Below the pieces are notes generated by a model, which was not told the origin of the DNA, did not search any database, and was given only the letters and a program-made list of their open reading frames with translations. Of a stretch of 64,000 nucleotides of DNA, positions 1 through 9,164 are shown piece after piece. A program made the position numbers and the translations under genes. The DNA lies in assembly GCA_963849325.1 (NCBI GenBank), contig CAWKHF010000010.1:224001-288000 (forward strand), read 5' to 3'. The DNA is from an uncultured Planctomycetota bacterium (GTDB lineage: Bacteria > Planctomycetota > Planctomycetia > Gemmatales > Gemmataceae). Position 1 is the stretch's first letter; the number at the start of each line of letters is the position of its first letter.

Positions 1-318
1 CCGCACCTGGCGCGAGCGAAGGTCCATCAACTGGCGCTGGAATTCGCCAGCCGCGAGATGGCCGAAATCGAGCTGGCCCGCGAGATCAAGGCGCCGATGG
101 GTCTGGCCGTCGGGCTAGTGGATGTGAAAAACACCTGGATCGAGCCACCAGAGCTGGTGGCCGAGCGCCTGCGGCTGGTACTGCGTTACATCGACGTCGA
201 GCGCGTCCACGTCACGCCGGATTGCGGCTTTTCGCAGACGGCACGATTCATCGCCACGCGGAAGCTAACAAGCATGGTGCAAGGCGTCCGCCTGGTGCGC
301 TCATGTCCTTGTCAGTGA
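1..318 (+). CDS. Cobalamin-independent methionine synthase II family protein, C-terminal part (5' end outside window)
   Basis: Frame is open from base 1 (PHLARAKVHQLALEFASREM...). GLVDVK...E.PE.VAERL and TPDCGF motifs of Meth_synt_2. Confidence 0.85.
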   Translation, partial: PHLARAKVHQLALEFASREMAEIELAREIKAPMGLAVGLVDVKNTWIEPPELVAERLRLVLRYIDVERVHVTPDCGFSQTARFIATRKLTSMVQGVRLVRSCPCQ

Positions 319-361
319 GTTCTGGAACATCCCTGATGAGGAGTGTTCCATGTACTTCCAG

Positions 362-763
362 CTACGTCGAAAATAACCCCTGGTCCATCAATTCCTGGCG
401 CAGGGCGATGCGAGCGGGGTCGTTCATGGCGAGAACCGCAACGGTAGTCCTCCCCACAGCGGATTTGCCGACCAGCAGCGCTCCTTGCCAGCGAAAGTGT
501 CTCGACCAGCGATGCCTTCTTGGGTTGAACAGCCGCGTGAGCTTTTTTGTCTTGGGGTCGATTCCGGTAAGGTTTGGCCCCTTGTGGAGGTTACAACGAA
601 GGCAGGCATAGGCGAGGTTGCCGAGGGTGTCTCCACCTCCATGCTGCTTGGCGATGACGTGCTCGACCTGAAAAGGCGTGAGGACGTGGGTCTCGGGGAG
701 GCAGCAGTATTCACACTGTCGGGTGGCACGCTGCCGGACTTGCTCCTTGGTGGCCTCGTCCAT
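362..763 (-). CDS. HNH endonuclease (CxxC...H...CxxCN type)
   Basis: CEYC, EHVIAKQHGG, NLAYACLRCNLHKG and LFNPR...W..HF motifs. Confidence 0.9.
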   Translation of the reverse strand: MDEATKEQVRQRATRQCEYCCLPETHVLTPFQVEHVIAKQHGGGDTLGNLAYACLRCNLHKGPNLTGIDPKTKKLTRLFNPRRHRWSRHFRWQGALLVGKSAVGRTTVAVLAMNDPARIALRQELMDQGLFST

Positions 764-784
764 CCCTGGGATCTCGCGGAGTTT

Positions 785-1615
785 TCAGCGCTGGAGTGAC
801 TTTCGGACCTTCAGGTGAAGCAGAGAGAGTACGTCGCCCACTTTGACGTAGGCTTCGAGTTCCTCTCGTTCCGCGTCGCTCAAAAGACCTTGCTGATTTT
901 TCTGCGCCAGTTCGTTCATGCGGTCCAGATCGAGTTCGCTGAATCGCACTTCCAGGAGCGAGCGTGTGGCTGTTGGGGACAGGCCTTTTCTCTCTGACTC
1001 GATTCCTTTCCGCAAACGCCAGAGTAGCGCGTCAACGCCGCCCAACGCTTGAATTGAGGCTTCATAAGAGACACCCGACGGCAAGTAATGGCGCTCGATA
1101 CAGTTCATTGTTTCCCGGATTGCTGCAAGCGCGTCTTCTACATGTTGCCTTGATGCGGTTGGCAGCGGCTTAGCAGTCTCGCCACTGAGAGGTGGAAGCT
1201 CTGTATGTGCGAGCCTGCGATTTCGCCAGTCACGGGCGAACGCGGACTTGCCCTTCACCTTGTCTGCAAGAGTCTGTACGCAACCCGCAAGAACTGCATC
1301 TGGAATCGCCCCTGGCAGACGGAGTATTGTAAGTGTTTCTTTGCCGGCTGATTTCGGTGGGTCCGTGAGTCGGCAAACGTGCAGAAGGACATCCTCCGAC
1401 ATCATCCGCTGCAAATTATGAAAGAAAGCGGGTGCGGCGGCATTAAGGAGATCGACTGTCTCGGACCCAGCTCCGTACAGTCCGCAAAAGTCCTTCCACT
1501 TTAGGTGAAGCCACGTGACCTGATCGCGGATTTCGGAGTACAACTCTCCGAGGGGTGCTGGCATTGCAGCGACACTTTGGGCTCGGATTTCCTCCGCGCT
1601 CAGAACCTCACTCAT
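785..1615 (-). CDS. AbiU2-like HEPN domain protein fused to a C-terminal HNH-partner (antitoxin-like) helical domain
   Basis: HEPN Rx4-6H motif RNRRLAH and CRLTDP motif. The last ~65 aa (LSPTATRSLLEVRFSELDLDRMNELAQKNQQGLLSDAEREELEAY...) resemble the small proteins usually found just upstream of this HNH class. GGAGG RBS before MSEVL. Confidence 0.7.
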   Translation of the reverse strand: MSEVLSAEEIRAQSVAAMPAPLGELYSEIRDQVTWLHLKWKDFCGLYGAGSETVDLLNAAAPAFFHNLQRMMSEDVLLHVCRLTDPPKSAGKETLTILRLPGAIPDAVLAGCVQTLADKVKGKSAFARDWRNRRLAHTELPPLSGETAKPLPTASRQHVEDALAAIRETMNCIERHYLPSGVSYEASIQALGGVDALLWRLRKGIESERKGLSPTATRSLLEVRFSELDLDRMNELAQKNQQGLLSDAEREELEAYVKVGDVLSLLHLKVRKSLQR

Positions 1616-1637
1616 TGGATAACCTCCGTGCATCGTG

Positions 1638-1720
1638 GCCTAACGCCCCAGATCAGCAGCCAGCATACGCGGGCTGGACACTAAGGGGCATACAACTGTT
1701 ATTCGCATGGCCGGTCTACT
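1638..1720 (-). mobile_element. Degenerate integron attC-like site (intact R' half)
   Basis: Minus strand reads ...AGTAGACCGGCC...GGCTGCTGATCTGGGGCGTTAGGC. GTTAGGC fits the GTTRRRY core and lies ~25 nt upstream of the HEPN start codon. The R'' half is eroded. Confidence 0.55.
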
Positions 1721-1793
1721 TGTATATTCCATTTTACTCCTGGTGACATGTCGGGACAATCGCCAATTGGGGAGCTGTGGGGAGGTCTTCCCC

Positions 1794-1910
1794 CGTTCCC
1801 ACGCGGAACGTGGGAATCCACGTCCGGACGTTCCGCGTCCCGATAAGCCCAACGCGCAGTCGGGATGCGGAGCATCCCAGACGGCGTTCCCACGCTCCGC
1901 GTGGGAACGA
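1794..1910. repeat. Composite REP-like palindromic element (GTTCCCACGC..GCGTGGGAAC family)
   Basis: Hairpins TTCCCACG-cggaa-CGTGGGAA (1796-1816) and CGTTCCCACGCtccGCGTGGGAACG (1885-1909) flank inner hairpins at ~1826-1840 and 1862-1878. Confidence 0.8.
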
Positions 1911-2049
1911 GAAGTGAAAAACGAATCGTCGCAAATCGACGGGATTCGACCGGATTGGCAGAGACGGTGATGGCGACTACGATGGCAAGAGCAATACGCT
2001 TCGCGCACGAGAAGGGGTTGCCTCAGTCCCGCGACAGGGAGCATTTGCC

Positions 2050-2286
2050 ATGAGTCAGACGCTGACCATCTCCGACGCCCTTTATCGACGCCTGGAAAAC
2101 GCCGCCCGCCAGCGTGGTTTGTCCAGCATCGAGCAATTGCTCGAATGGTGGCAAGCGCGGGACGTTGACTTGAATCAGCGGCGTCAAGCGGTGCAGCACA
2201 TCGATAGCGTACGGGCACGACTCCTCGCCTCCTATGGCGAACTTCCCGACAGCACCACCTTGATCCGCGAAGATCGGGAGCGGTAA
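2050..2286 (+). CDS. Putative VapB/RHH-like antitoxin (orphan)
   Basis: MSQTLTISDALYRRLE..A..RG N-terminus and DSTTLIREDRER C-terminus, typical of antitoxins paired with PIN toxins. Confidence 0.65.
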   Translation: MSQTLTISDALYRRLENAARQRGLSSIEQLLEWWQARDVDLNQRRQAVQHIDSVRARLLASYGELPDSTTLIREDRER

Positions 2287-2413
2287 TGCCGTTCGTGTTG
2301 GTGTGAATTGTTCCGGGGCCGTGATCTCGTTCACTGTCCTTCTCACTTTCTTGCGTCGCTACTTCGCCTTCAAGCGCAGCGCAACGTCTCCCCGCTCTTG
2401 ATAGACTACCCGC

Positions 2414-2838
2414 ATGAGCGAACCTTACCTAGCGCTGCAGGTCGTCATGATGCCACGAGATGCGAACCCTCAACCCACCTTGCACCCAAGTGGACAATTC
2501 ACCTCTTACCTGACGATCTTCGGCGGCGTCCTCCTCAGTTACATCGATCAGGCCGGCGCCATCGGGCGCGGCGGGAAGTGATTCGCGCCGGCGGTCCTCC
2601 GCCGGTGGTCGTGACCGTGGCCCTTCACCGCGTCGAGTTCAAAAAGCCCGTCCTGGTCGGCGACGTGGTGCGCTTCCTGACGCGCCTGGTCCGCATGGGC
2701 CGCACTTCCATCACCATGCACGTCAGCGTGGAAGTGGAGCGCGGGACCGAAGTGCTGCACGTTACCGAGGCGGAGGTGGTCTACGTCGGCATCGATCCCA
2801 ACGCCCCGGAACGCAAACCGACGCCACTGCTGTCTTAA
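2414..2838 (+). CDS. Acyl-CoA thioesterase (hotdog fold), frameshift near 2565
   Basis: MSEPYLALQVVMMPRDANP...IFGGVLLSYIDQAG in one frame, then VVTVALHRVEFKKPVLVGDVV...GRTSI in the next. Confidence 0.85.
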
Positions 2839-2861
2839 CAACCTCAAGCAAGCGTGCGGCG

Positions 2862-4512
2862 TTACTTGGCCTTCTTCGGTGAGCGCGTGGCGGGCACATC
2901 CTGCAAGGCGAGTTTGCGAAATTCGTCGAGGTGTTGCGTCCAGATCGTTTCGAGTTCGCGCGCCTTCTTCGGTCGCTTGTCGGCGAGGTCGTGCGCTTCG
3001 CCGCGGTCGGTCTTCAGGTCGTAGAGTTCCCAAGGTGCTTTCGCGCCGGCAGCGACGAGTTTCCAGTCGCCGACACGCACCGCGCGATTGCCTTCGTGCT
3101 GCCACCACAGGTAATCGTGCGCGACCGAGTTGTCTCGCGCGAAGACCGACACCAGACTCTTGCCGGGCGGAGGTGGAACGGGTTTATCCTTCCACATTGC
3201 CGGCGGTTTGCCGCCGGCGATCTCCAACACGGTCGGCACGATGTCGATGAGGTGTCCCGGATTGTGACGCAGCTCGCCGCGCGACGAGATGCCCTTGGGC
3301 CAATGGACGATCAACGGCGTGGAGATGCCGCCTTCATGGACCCATGTTTTGTGCCGACGCAGCGGCGTGTTGGCCGCGCTCGACCAACCGGGACCGAGAC
3401 AAAGATGCGTGGCCGACGAGCCAGGCTCCGCCTTGGGATCGTGGCCGTCGCCGCGCACCATGATCTCGGCGCTGGCGCCATTGTCGGAAAGAACGAGAAT
3501 CAGCGTGTTCTCCAGAGCGTTCATGTTCCGCAGTTGTCGAAGGACGCGGCCGATTTCGCGGTCCATGCGATCGATCATCGCCGCGTGGATGGACATTTTG
3601 ACGGACTGAAACGCCTGCTGCTCCTTCGTCAACTCGCTCCACGGCAGCGGCCGATTGATCTCATTGGGGCCGAGCGTTTTCAGCGCCGCCGGGAAATGAT
3701 AAGGCGGTCCCACGTCGCGCTCCAGCGCCGGCAAATCATGGCTGATAATTCTCATCTTTTTCATCCGTTGCCAGCGCTCGGCGCGCACCACGTCCCAGCC
3801 CTTGCGATACATGTCGCGGTAGCGGGCGATGTCTTCCGGCAGCGCATGCAAAGGGAAGTGCGGCGCAGTTGAAGGCGACGTATTGGAAAAACGGCTTGTC
3901 GGCGAAGCGCTGGGCGTGTTCCTTCAGGCACTCGACGGCGTGATCGGCGATGGCGACCGTCGTGTAATAGCCCGCGTCCGCCGATACGGGCGGCAGTTTG
4001 CGATCGTCCTTGAAGTGAACGCGCGGATGGAAGTAGTTATTCAGGTCTTGTACCAGATAGGAGCGCTCGAAGCCGTTCTCCGTCGGCCGGCCGTCCACGT
4101 GCCATTTCCCGGAGTGATAGCTGCGATAGCCGAGCGGCCGCAGCATCTCCGGCAACAGCGGCGCCCAGGTGGGCCGTACGCCGTTGGCACCACTGACGAC
4201 ACCGGGCACGGTATCGCGACGCACCTGCTGCGCGTAGTAGCCCGTCAGCAGGGCGGCGCGCGAAGGCCAGCAGCGGGCCGTGTTATAGAACTGCGTGAAG
4301 CGGAGACCGTTGCCAGCCAGGCCGTCCAGGTTCGGCGTCCGAATCTCGCCGCCGTAGCAGCCGAGATCGGAGAAGCCCATGTCGTCGGCGAGAAGGACGA
4401 GGATGTTCGGCTTTCGGGACGGCTCGCCGGCGAAACTGGGCTGTATGGACCCGTTCAGGCCAATCAGTACCAGCGGAACCAGCAAGCACGACCCAGAAGA
4501 TGGGAGCTTCAT
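2862..4512 (-). CDS. Arylsulfatase (formylglycine-dependent), frameshift near 3850
   Basis: Signal peptide, PNILVLLADDMG, CWPSRAALLTG (CxPxR), GKWH, SDNG and WELYDL..D..E motifs across two ORFs. Confidence 0.92.
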
Positions 4513-4554
4513 GGGAACCTATCTCGGTTCGGGAATGGTTGCGACACCATCAGA

Positions 4555-5865
4555 TTATGGTAACTCTTCCGGATAGGCAAAGCCAGCACGAGGAAATCCT
4601 AGACGGCCTCCGAGCGCTTGCAGCACATCCGCGTCGCTGGGGTAAGGCGACGGCAGCAGCGTGCGAAGAGGTATGGGCACTTCATCCATACGGTACACCG
4701 TGCCGCGCCGATGCACGCCGGGAATGGCGGTCGTGAAGCGCACCGTCGGCGGCGTCCGCGACTCCATTGTCGGCGGATCGAGCACAATGGTCGGAATGGA
4801 CTTCAAATGAGCGATCGCCGTCGGCGTGAAGCGGCGCACGCCGAAGCTGCCGACCAGCAAACACGCATCGACCTCGCCGCGCAGCAGTAAATCGTGGGCG
4901 GTGAATTCGCCGGGATTGAAGCGAGGATAGCCGCGACCCAGGTTCACGCTGAATGGATAGCCGGTCTGCCAGGCCAGCACACTATCGGCGCCGGTCACGT
5001 CGGCGGAGACGCGCATGCGGCGGGCATAAAAGCGCGTGAAGTCGTTGAGGTCCGTCACCAGCCGTAACAGAGCCTCGACGCTGCGATGGCCCAGGTGCGT
5101 CCGGCTCAGACCCAGGCCGAAGAAGACGATGCCGCAGCGGCACGTCTTCATGCGTTGAGCCAGATCGCGCAACGTCTCCAGGGACACTCCAAGACTCGTC
5201 CCCGGTGCCGGCTGCCGGCCGCGAATCAGGCCGCGCAGCGCCCACAGCACCTCGAAATCGCGCCCCGGTTCCACTTGCACAAATACGTCAGCCCGCGCCG
5301 AGCTGGCGGTCGGTCGAACATCGACAACCACGATCGTGCGCTCGGATCGACCGCCGGGCAGGAACTCGCCGACGGGATCGGCGGAGTAGCGTTCAAAGTG
5401 ACGCGGATGGCTTTCGATGGGGTCCGAACCCCAAAAGATGACGAGATCGGCGCGATTCTTCACTTCGCCGAGGGAGCAGGTCGATTCGCCGGCTTCTTGC
5501 AGGGCGAGGATGGCGGGAGCGTGGCCGAGCGACGCCGTGGTGTCAATGGTCGCTCCCAGGCGGTCGGCGAGGGCGATGGCCGCTTGTTGCCCCGACGTAT
5601 CGCTGCGCGATAGGCCGTAAACCAGCGGCGAACGAGACGCGCGCAGGATGTCGGCCGCTCGGTCCAGCGCGGCCTCCAGCGCGACGGGCCGTCCCTCGAT
5701 CTCGGCGACGGGCGGTTGCCGGCCGCCCTGGGCGAGAAACCACGGCTCGGCCAGGTGGCAGGCTCCCTCGGCACGGACAATACGGCCGTCCTCCACGGTG
5801 ATGCGTAAATCATCGCAGACACAACCGCAGACCGTGCAGGCGACGTTGTCGATCCGCTGCGCCAC
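4555..5865 (-). CDS. Formylmethanofuran dehydrogenase subunit B / FhcB-like protein
   Basis: CTVCGCVCDD...C Fe-S motif, TCSLGEVKNRADLVIFWGSDP..SHPRH, WQTGYPFSV and GTVYRMDEVP. Likely GTG start at 5865 after GAGG. Confidence 0.9.
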   Translation of the reverse strand: MAQRIDNVACTVCGCVCDDLRITVEDGRIVRAEGACHLAEPWFLAQGGRQPPVAEIEGRPVALEAALDRAADILRASRSPLVYGLSRSDTSGQQAAIALADRLGATIDTTASLGHAPAILALQEAGESTCSLGEVKNRADLVIFWGSDPIESHPRHFERYSADPVGEFLPGGRSERTIVVVDVRPTASSARADVFVQVEPGRDFEVLWALRGLIRGRQPAPGTSLGVSLETLRDLAQRMKTCRCGIVFFGLGLSRTHLGHRSVEALLRLVTDLNDFTRFYARRMRVSADVTGADSVLAWQTGYPFSVNLGRGYPRFNPGEFTAHDLLLRGEVDACLLVGSFGVRRFTPTAIAHLKSIPTIVLDPPTMESRTPPTVRFTTAIPGVHRRGTVYRMDEVPIPLRTLLPSPYPSDADVLQALGGRLGFPRAGFAYPEELP

Positions 5866-5873
5866 CGCAAACC

Positions 5874-8113
5874 TCACCGCGTCAGTTCGAGCGGCACGCG
5901 GCCGCCAGCCGTCTCCGCGCTCTCGGCGACAACGACGTCTCGGCTCCAGCGTGACGAGGACGGCCTTGAACGCCGGCGTCTTCGAGTCCGGATCGGTCGT
6001 CCGTCGGCACCAGCACGTTCGCCTCGGGGAAGTACATCAGCGCGTTGCCGGCGCGAATGTCGTATTCGCGCACGAGGATGCCGGACATCGAGCCGGCGGC
6101 GCTGCGCACCGTCACGCGCTGATCGACGCGCAGCCCGAGCCGCTCGATGTCCGCGCGGTTGAGCAGGATCACGTTGCGCCGGTCCTGGCCGCGGTAGATG
6201 TCCTCTTCCTCGTAGACCACCGTGTTGAATTGGCCCTCGGAGCGGACGGTCATGAGACGGAGTTGCCGGTCGGAGCCGGCCGACGCCGGGATGGCATGGA
6301 TGGCGAATTGCGCCTTGCCCGACGGCGTGGCGAAGCGCGGCGTGTGGAAGGTCCGCCCGTCGATCTGGAACTCCTCATGCGTGCCGATCGATGTCGGCAA
6401 TCTTCTCGAAGCCGGGGATGATTTGTCCGATCATTTGCCGCAGGTGACAGTGCCTTCGCAGTGCCTTCCAATCCACGGGACTTTTCGCGCCCAGCACGCG
6501 CTCGCCGAGCGAGGCGATGACCTCGACTTCGCTGCGCGGCCCCTCGTAGCGGGCAGGTCCGCCGTCGCTGAGGCGCACGAAGTTGAACATCGATTCCTGC
6601 GTCGTCGGCTTCCGGCTCCTCGTCGCGCGCCCGCACCGGAAGGATCAGCGTTTCACGCGCCCGGCCCCAGGCGTGGCCGGTGTTGAGGGTCGTGCTGAGA
6701 TAGGCGACCAACTCCAGCTTGGACAGTGCCTGCAAGGCGAACGTGGCGTCGGGATTGCTGCCGAACAGGTTGCCGCCCAGGCACACCGCCGAGCGCACCG
6801 CTCCCTGTTCGGCCGCCTCCATGCAAGCCATCGTGTCCAGTCCGGGCCGGGTCGGCAGCTTGACCTTCAGATACGTCTCCAGGTTGTCGAGGATCTTCTG
6901 CTTGAGTGCCGGGGCGACGCCGACGGAGCCGATGCCCTGCACATTACTATGTCCGCGGATGGGCAGCAGTCCGGCGCGAGGGCGGCCGACCATGCCGCGC
7001 AGCAGGGCGAGGTTGACGATCGTCTGCACGTTGGCGACGCCGTGTTCGTGGTGCGTGATGCCCATCGTCCAGCCGAACACGGCCGTCGGCGCTCGCAGGT
7101 ACATCTCCGCCATCTTCGCCATCGTCGCGCGGTCCACGCCGGAGGCTTGCTCGATCGTCTCCCAGCTCGTGCCGCGGACGTGGGCCTGGTACGCCTCGAA
7201 GCCCTCGGTGGCCTCGGCGAGGAAGCGGGCATCGACGGCGTTGCGTTCGAGTACGATCTTGGCCACGCCGGTCAACAGCGCGATGTCGCCGCCAATGTGC
7301 GGCTGCACATACAGGCTGGCGATCTTCGAGCCGAACAGCAGGCTGCGCACATCCGAGGGGACGCTGAAGTTGACGAGACCGATTTCCTTGACCGGGTTGA
7401 TGACGAGGACGTGTCCGCCGCGGCGACGGACGTTCATGAGGGTACGCATCAGGCGCGGATGATTCGACGCCGGATTGCCGCCGATGAGGACGAACAGGTC
7501 GGTCTTCTCCACGTCCTCCAGCGTCACCGTGGCGGTGCCGGTGCCGAGCGATCGCCCCAGGCCGACGCCGCTGGCCTGGTGACAGTAGTACGAGCAATTG
7601 TTGACGTAGTTCGTGCCGTACAGGCGAGCGAACAGTTGCAGTAAAAAACCGGCCTCGTTGGACGAGCGGCCGCTGGCGTAGAAGAAGTTCTGGTCCGGCG
7701 GCTGGTCGCGCAGCTGCCGGGCGACGCGATCGAGCGCCTCCTCCCAGCCGATCACCCGGTAATGCGTGTCGTCGCGACCGGCGTACAGCGGCGTGCGTGA
7801 TGCGGCCGCACCATTCCAATTCACGCGGCGTCAGGGTGCGCAACTCGGCGATGCCGTAGCGCTGGAAGAACTCCGGCCGCAGTCCTTTCTGCATGTCGGC
7901 GACCATCGCTTGCAGCGACTTCTTGCACACCTCCGGCCAATGTCCGGCCTCGTTGCGCATGCCGCCGGCCTGGCCGCCCATGCCCAGCGCACAAGTCTTG
8001 CAAGCGTTCTTCGAGCGCATCGCCTTCCACAGTTGCCACCAGCCGACACGGTTGGCCATGCGCAGCGTGTACGCAATCGCCTTCCAACCACCGCCGCTTT
8101 TCATCCGCTTCAT
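5874..8113 (-). CDS. FdhF/YdeP family molybdopterin oxidoreductase (formate dehydrogenase alpha-like), several frameshifts
   Basis: GGGW.AI, CKTCALGMGG, FYASGRSSNEAGFL, NNCSYYCHQASG, IRGHSNVQG, TVRSEGQFNT and DPDSKTPAFK motifs in successive frames (shifts near 7810, 6600, 6380, 6000, 5940). Confidence 0.9.
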
Positions 8114-8359
8114 CACTGCTCCCGGAAGGTCCGATCCCTCGACCTCGAAAAAGGTCAGAACCATTGCGCGTATCCTGGTTATGATTATACGACGCCATTG
8201 CGGCTTTGCCCCATTGTCCCCCTGACAGCCCTTGGCCGCGCCGGCTGCGGGAGATGCAAGGGACGGAAGCTCTTGCTTGCGGCGATCCGCGGGTCGGTAG
8301 TAGAATCCTCGAATGGGAGTCGAGAGCAATTCGGAGCTGTGACGGAAAACCGCGAGTTG

Positions 8360-8737
8360 ATGACCCCGAACCGTGGTGGATCACCGATAGTCCGTCGCGT
8401 CGGTACGCCTCGATTGGGTGTGTCCGAAGTCCCACTCGCCGACCTTCACCCTTTGCACCCGGTTCCTCGGCTCGGAATGCCGCCCAACCACATATCGGAT
8501 TTGGCGAACGCGATTCGGACAAACGGCTACGATCTGGGGCAAGCGATTCCGGTCGCCCGAATGCCGGATGGACGGTTGCTTCAACTCGGCGGCCATCACC
8601 GAGCCGCGGCGATGGGACAGTTGGGAGAGATCACCATACCCGCCCGAGTTGTCGTTTGGAACTCGTTGTCTCCGAGAGTCCAGAACTGGTGGCGGAGTCA
8701 GTTTCCGAACCTTCCTTGGGATGATTTCATCCGATGA
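8360..8737 (+). CDS. Small ParB/sulfiredoxin N-terminal-like domain protein
   Basis: L.PLH...DLANAIRTNGYD..QAIPV.RMPDGRLLQLGGHHRAAAM..LG..TIPARV matches the ParB/Srx GxHR fold. About 125 aa, no HTH. Confidence 0.7.
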   Translation: MTPNRGGSPIVRRVGTPRLGVSEVPLADLHPLHPVPRLGMPPNHISDLANAIRTNGYDLGQAIPVARMPDGRLLQLGGHHRAAAMGQLGEITIPARVVVWNSLSPRVQNWWRSQFPNLPWDDFIR

Positions 8738-9060
8738 ACACGCAAAGACCCACTTGGTTCTCGTTCAACTCGCCCGAGAGCACAACCCTGCACTGCGCGG
8801 CCTGTGGACAGGTAATCGATCTTGGCCCTCTGGTAGCGGACCACCATCCGCGCTACTGTCCCAAGTGTGGGGTGGAGTCCGCTTTCCTTAACTGGAAAAG
8901 CAGGATCATTCAGATCGTGCCAAAGAACGCTCCCCCGGCTTTCGCGGCGATGGTCCGCTGGGGGCAACAGTACCTGGATGAGCTGGAGTATGTAGAGTTC
9001 GTCTGCGCCTTGGAGGAAATCGCCGATGCCCTCAACGCCGTATCGGCCTATTCCCCATAA
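8734..9060 (+). CDS. Hypothetical Zn-ribbon protein (possible immunity/partner protein)
   Basis: CAAC...CPKC pairs, acidic helical C-terminus, ATGA overlap with the upstream ParB-like gene. Confidence 0.6.
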   Translation: MNTQRPTWFSFNSPESTTLHCAACGQVIDLGPLVADHHPRYCPKCGVESAFLNWKSRIIQIVPKNAPPAFAAMVRWGQQYLDELEYVEFVCALEEIADALNAVSAYSP

Positions 9061-9164
9061 GCGAAATGACGATAACTCGCTCGCCCGGAACCGCGGTCCC
9101 TTCTGGACCCCCGTTGGCTTTTTCACGATGACCTTCACCGGGAGCACGGATCGTTGACCGCGAA

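Noticed and set aside
5865-6000. FdhF C-terminal motif reads in-frame into FwdB (apparent fusion)
   Set aside because: The linker RRRCRRERGDG is implausible. A one-base shift gives DVVVAESAETAGGRVPLELTR* ending at 5874, followed by GAGG and a GTG start.
6250-7824. Selenocysteine or programmed frameshifting in FdhF
   Set aside because: The active-site residue is an ordinary Cys (CHQ). The frame breaks lack slippery heptamers and match the window-wide indel pattern.
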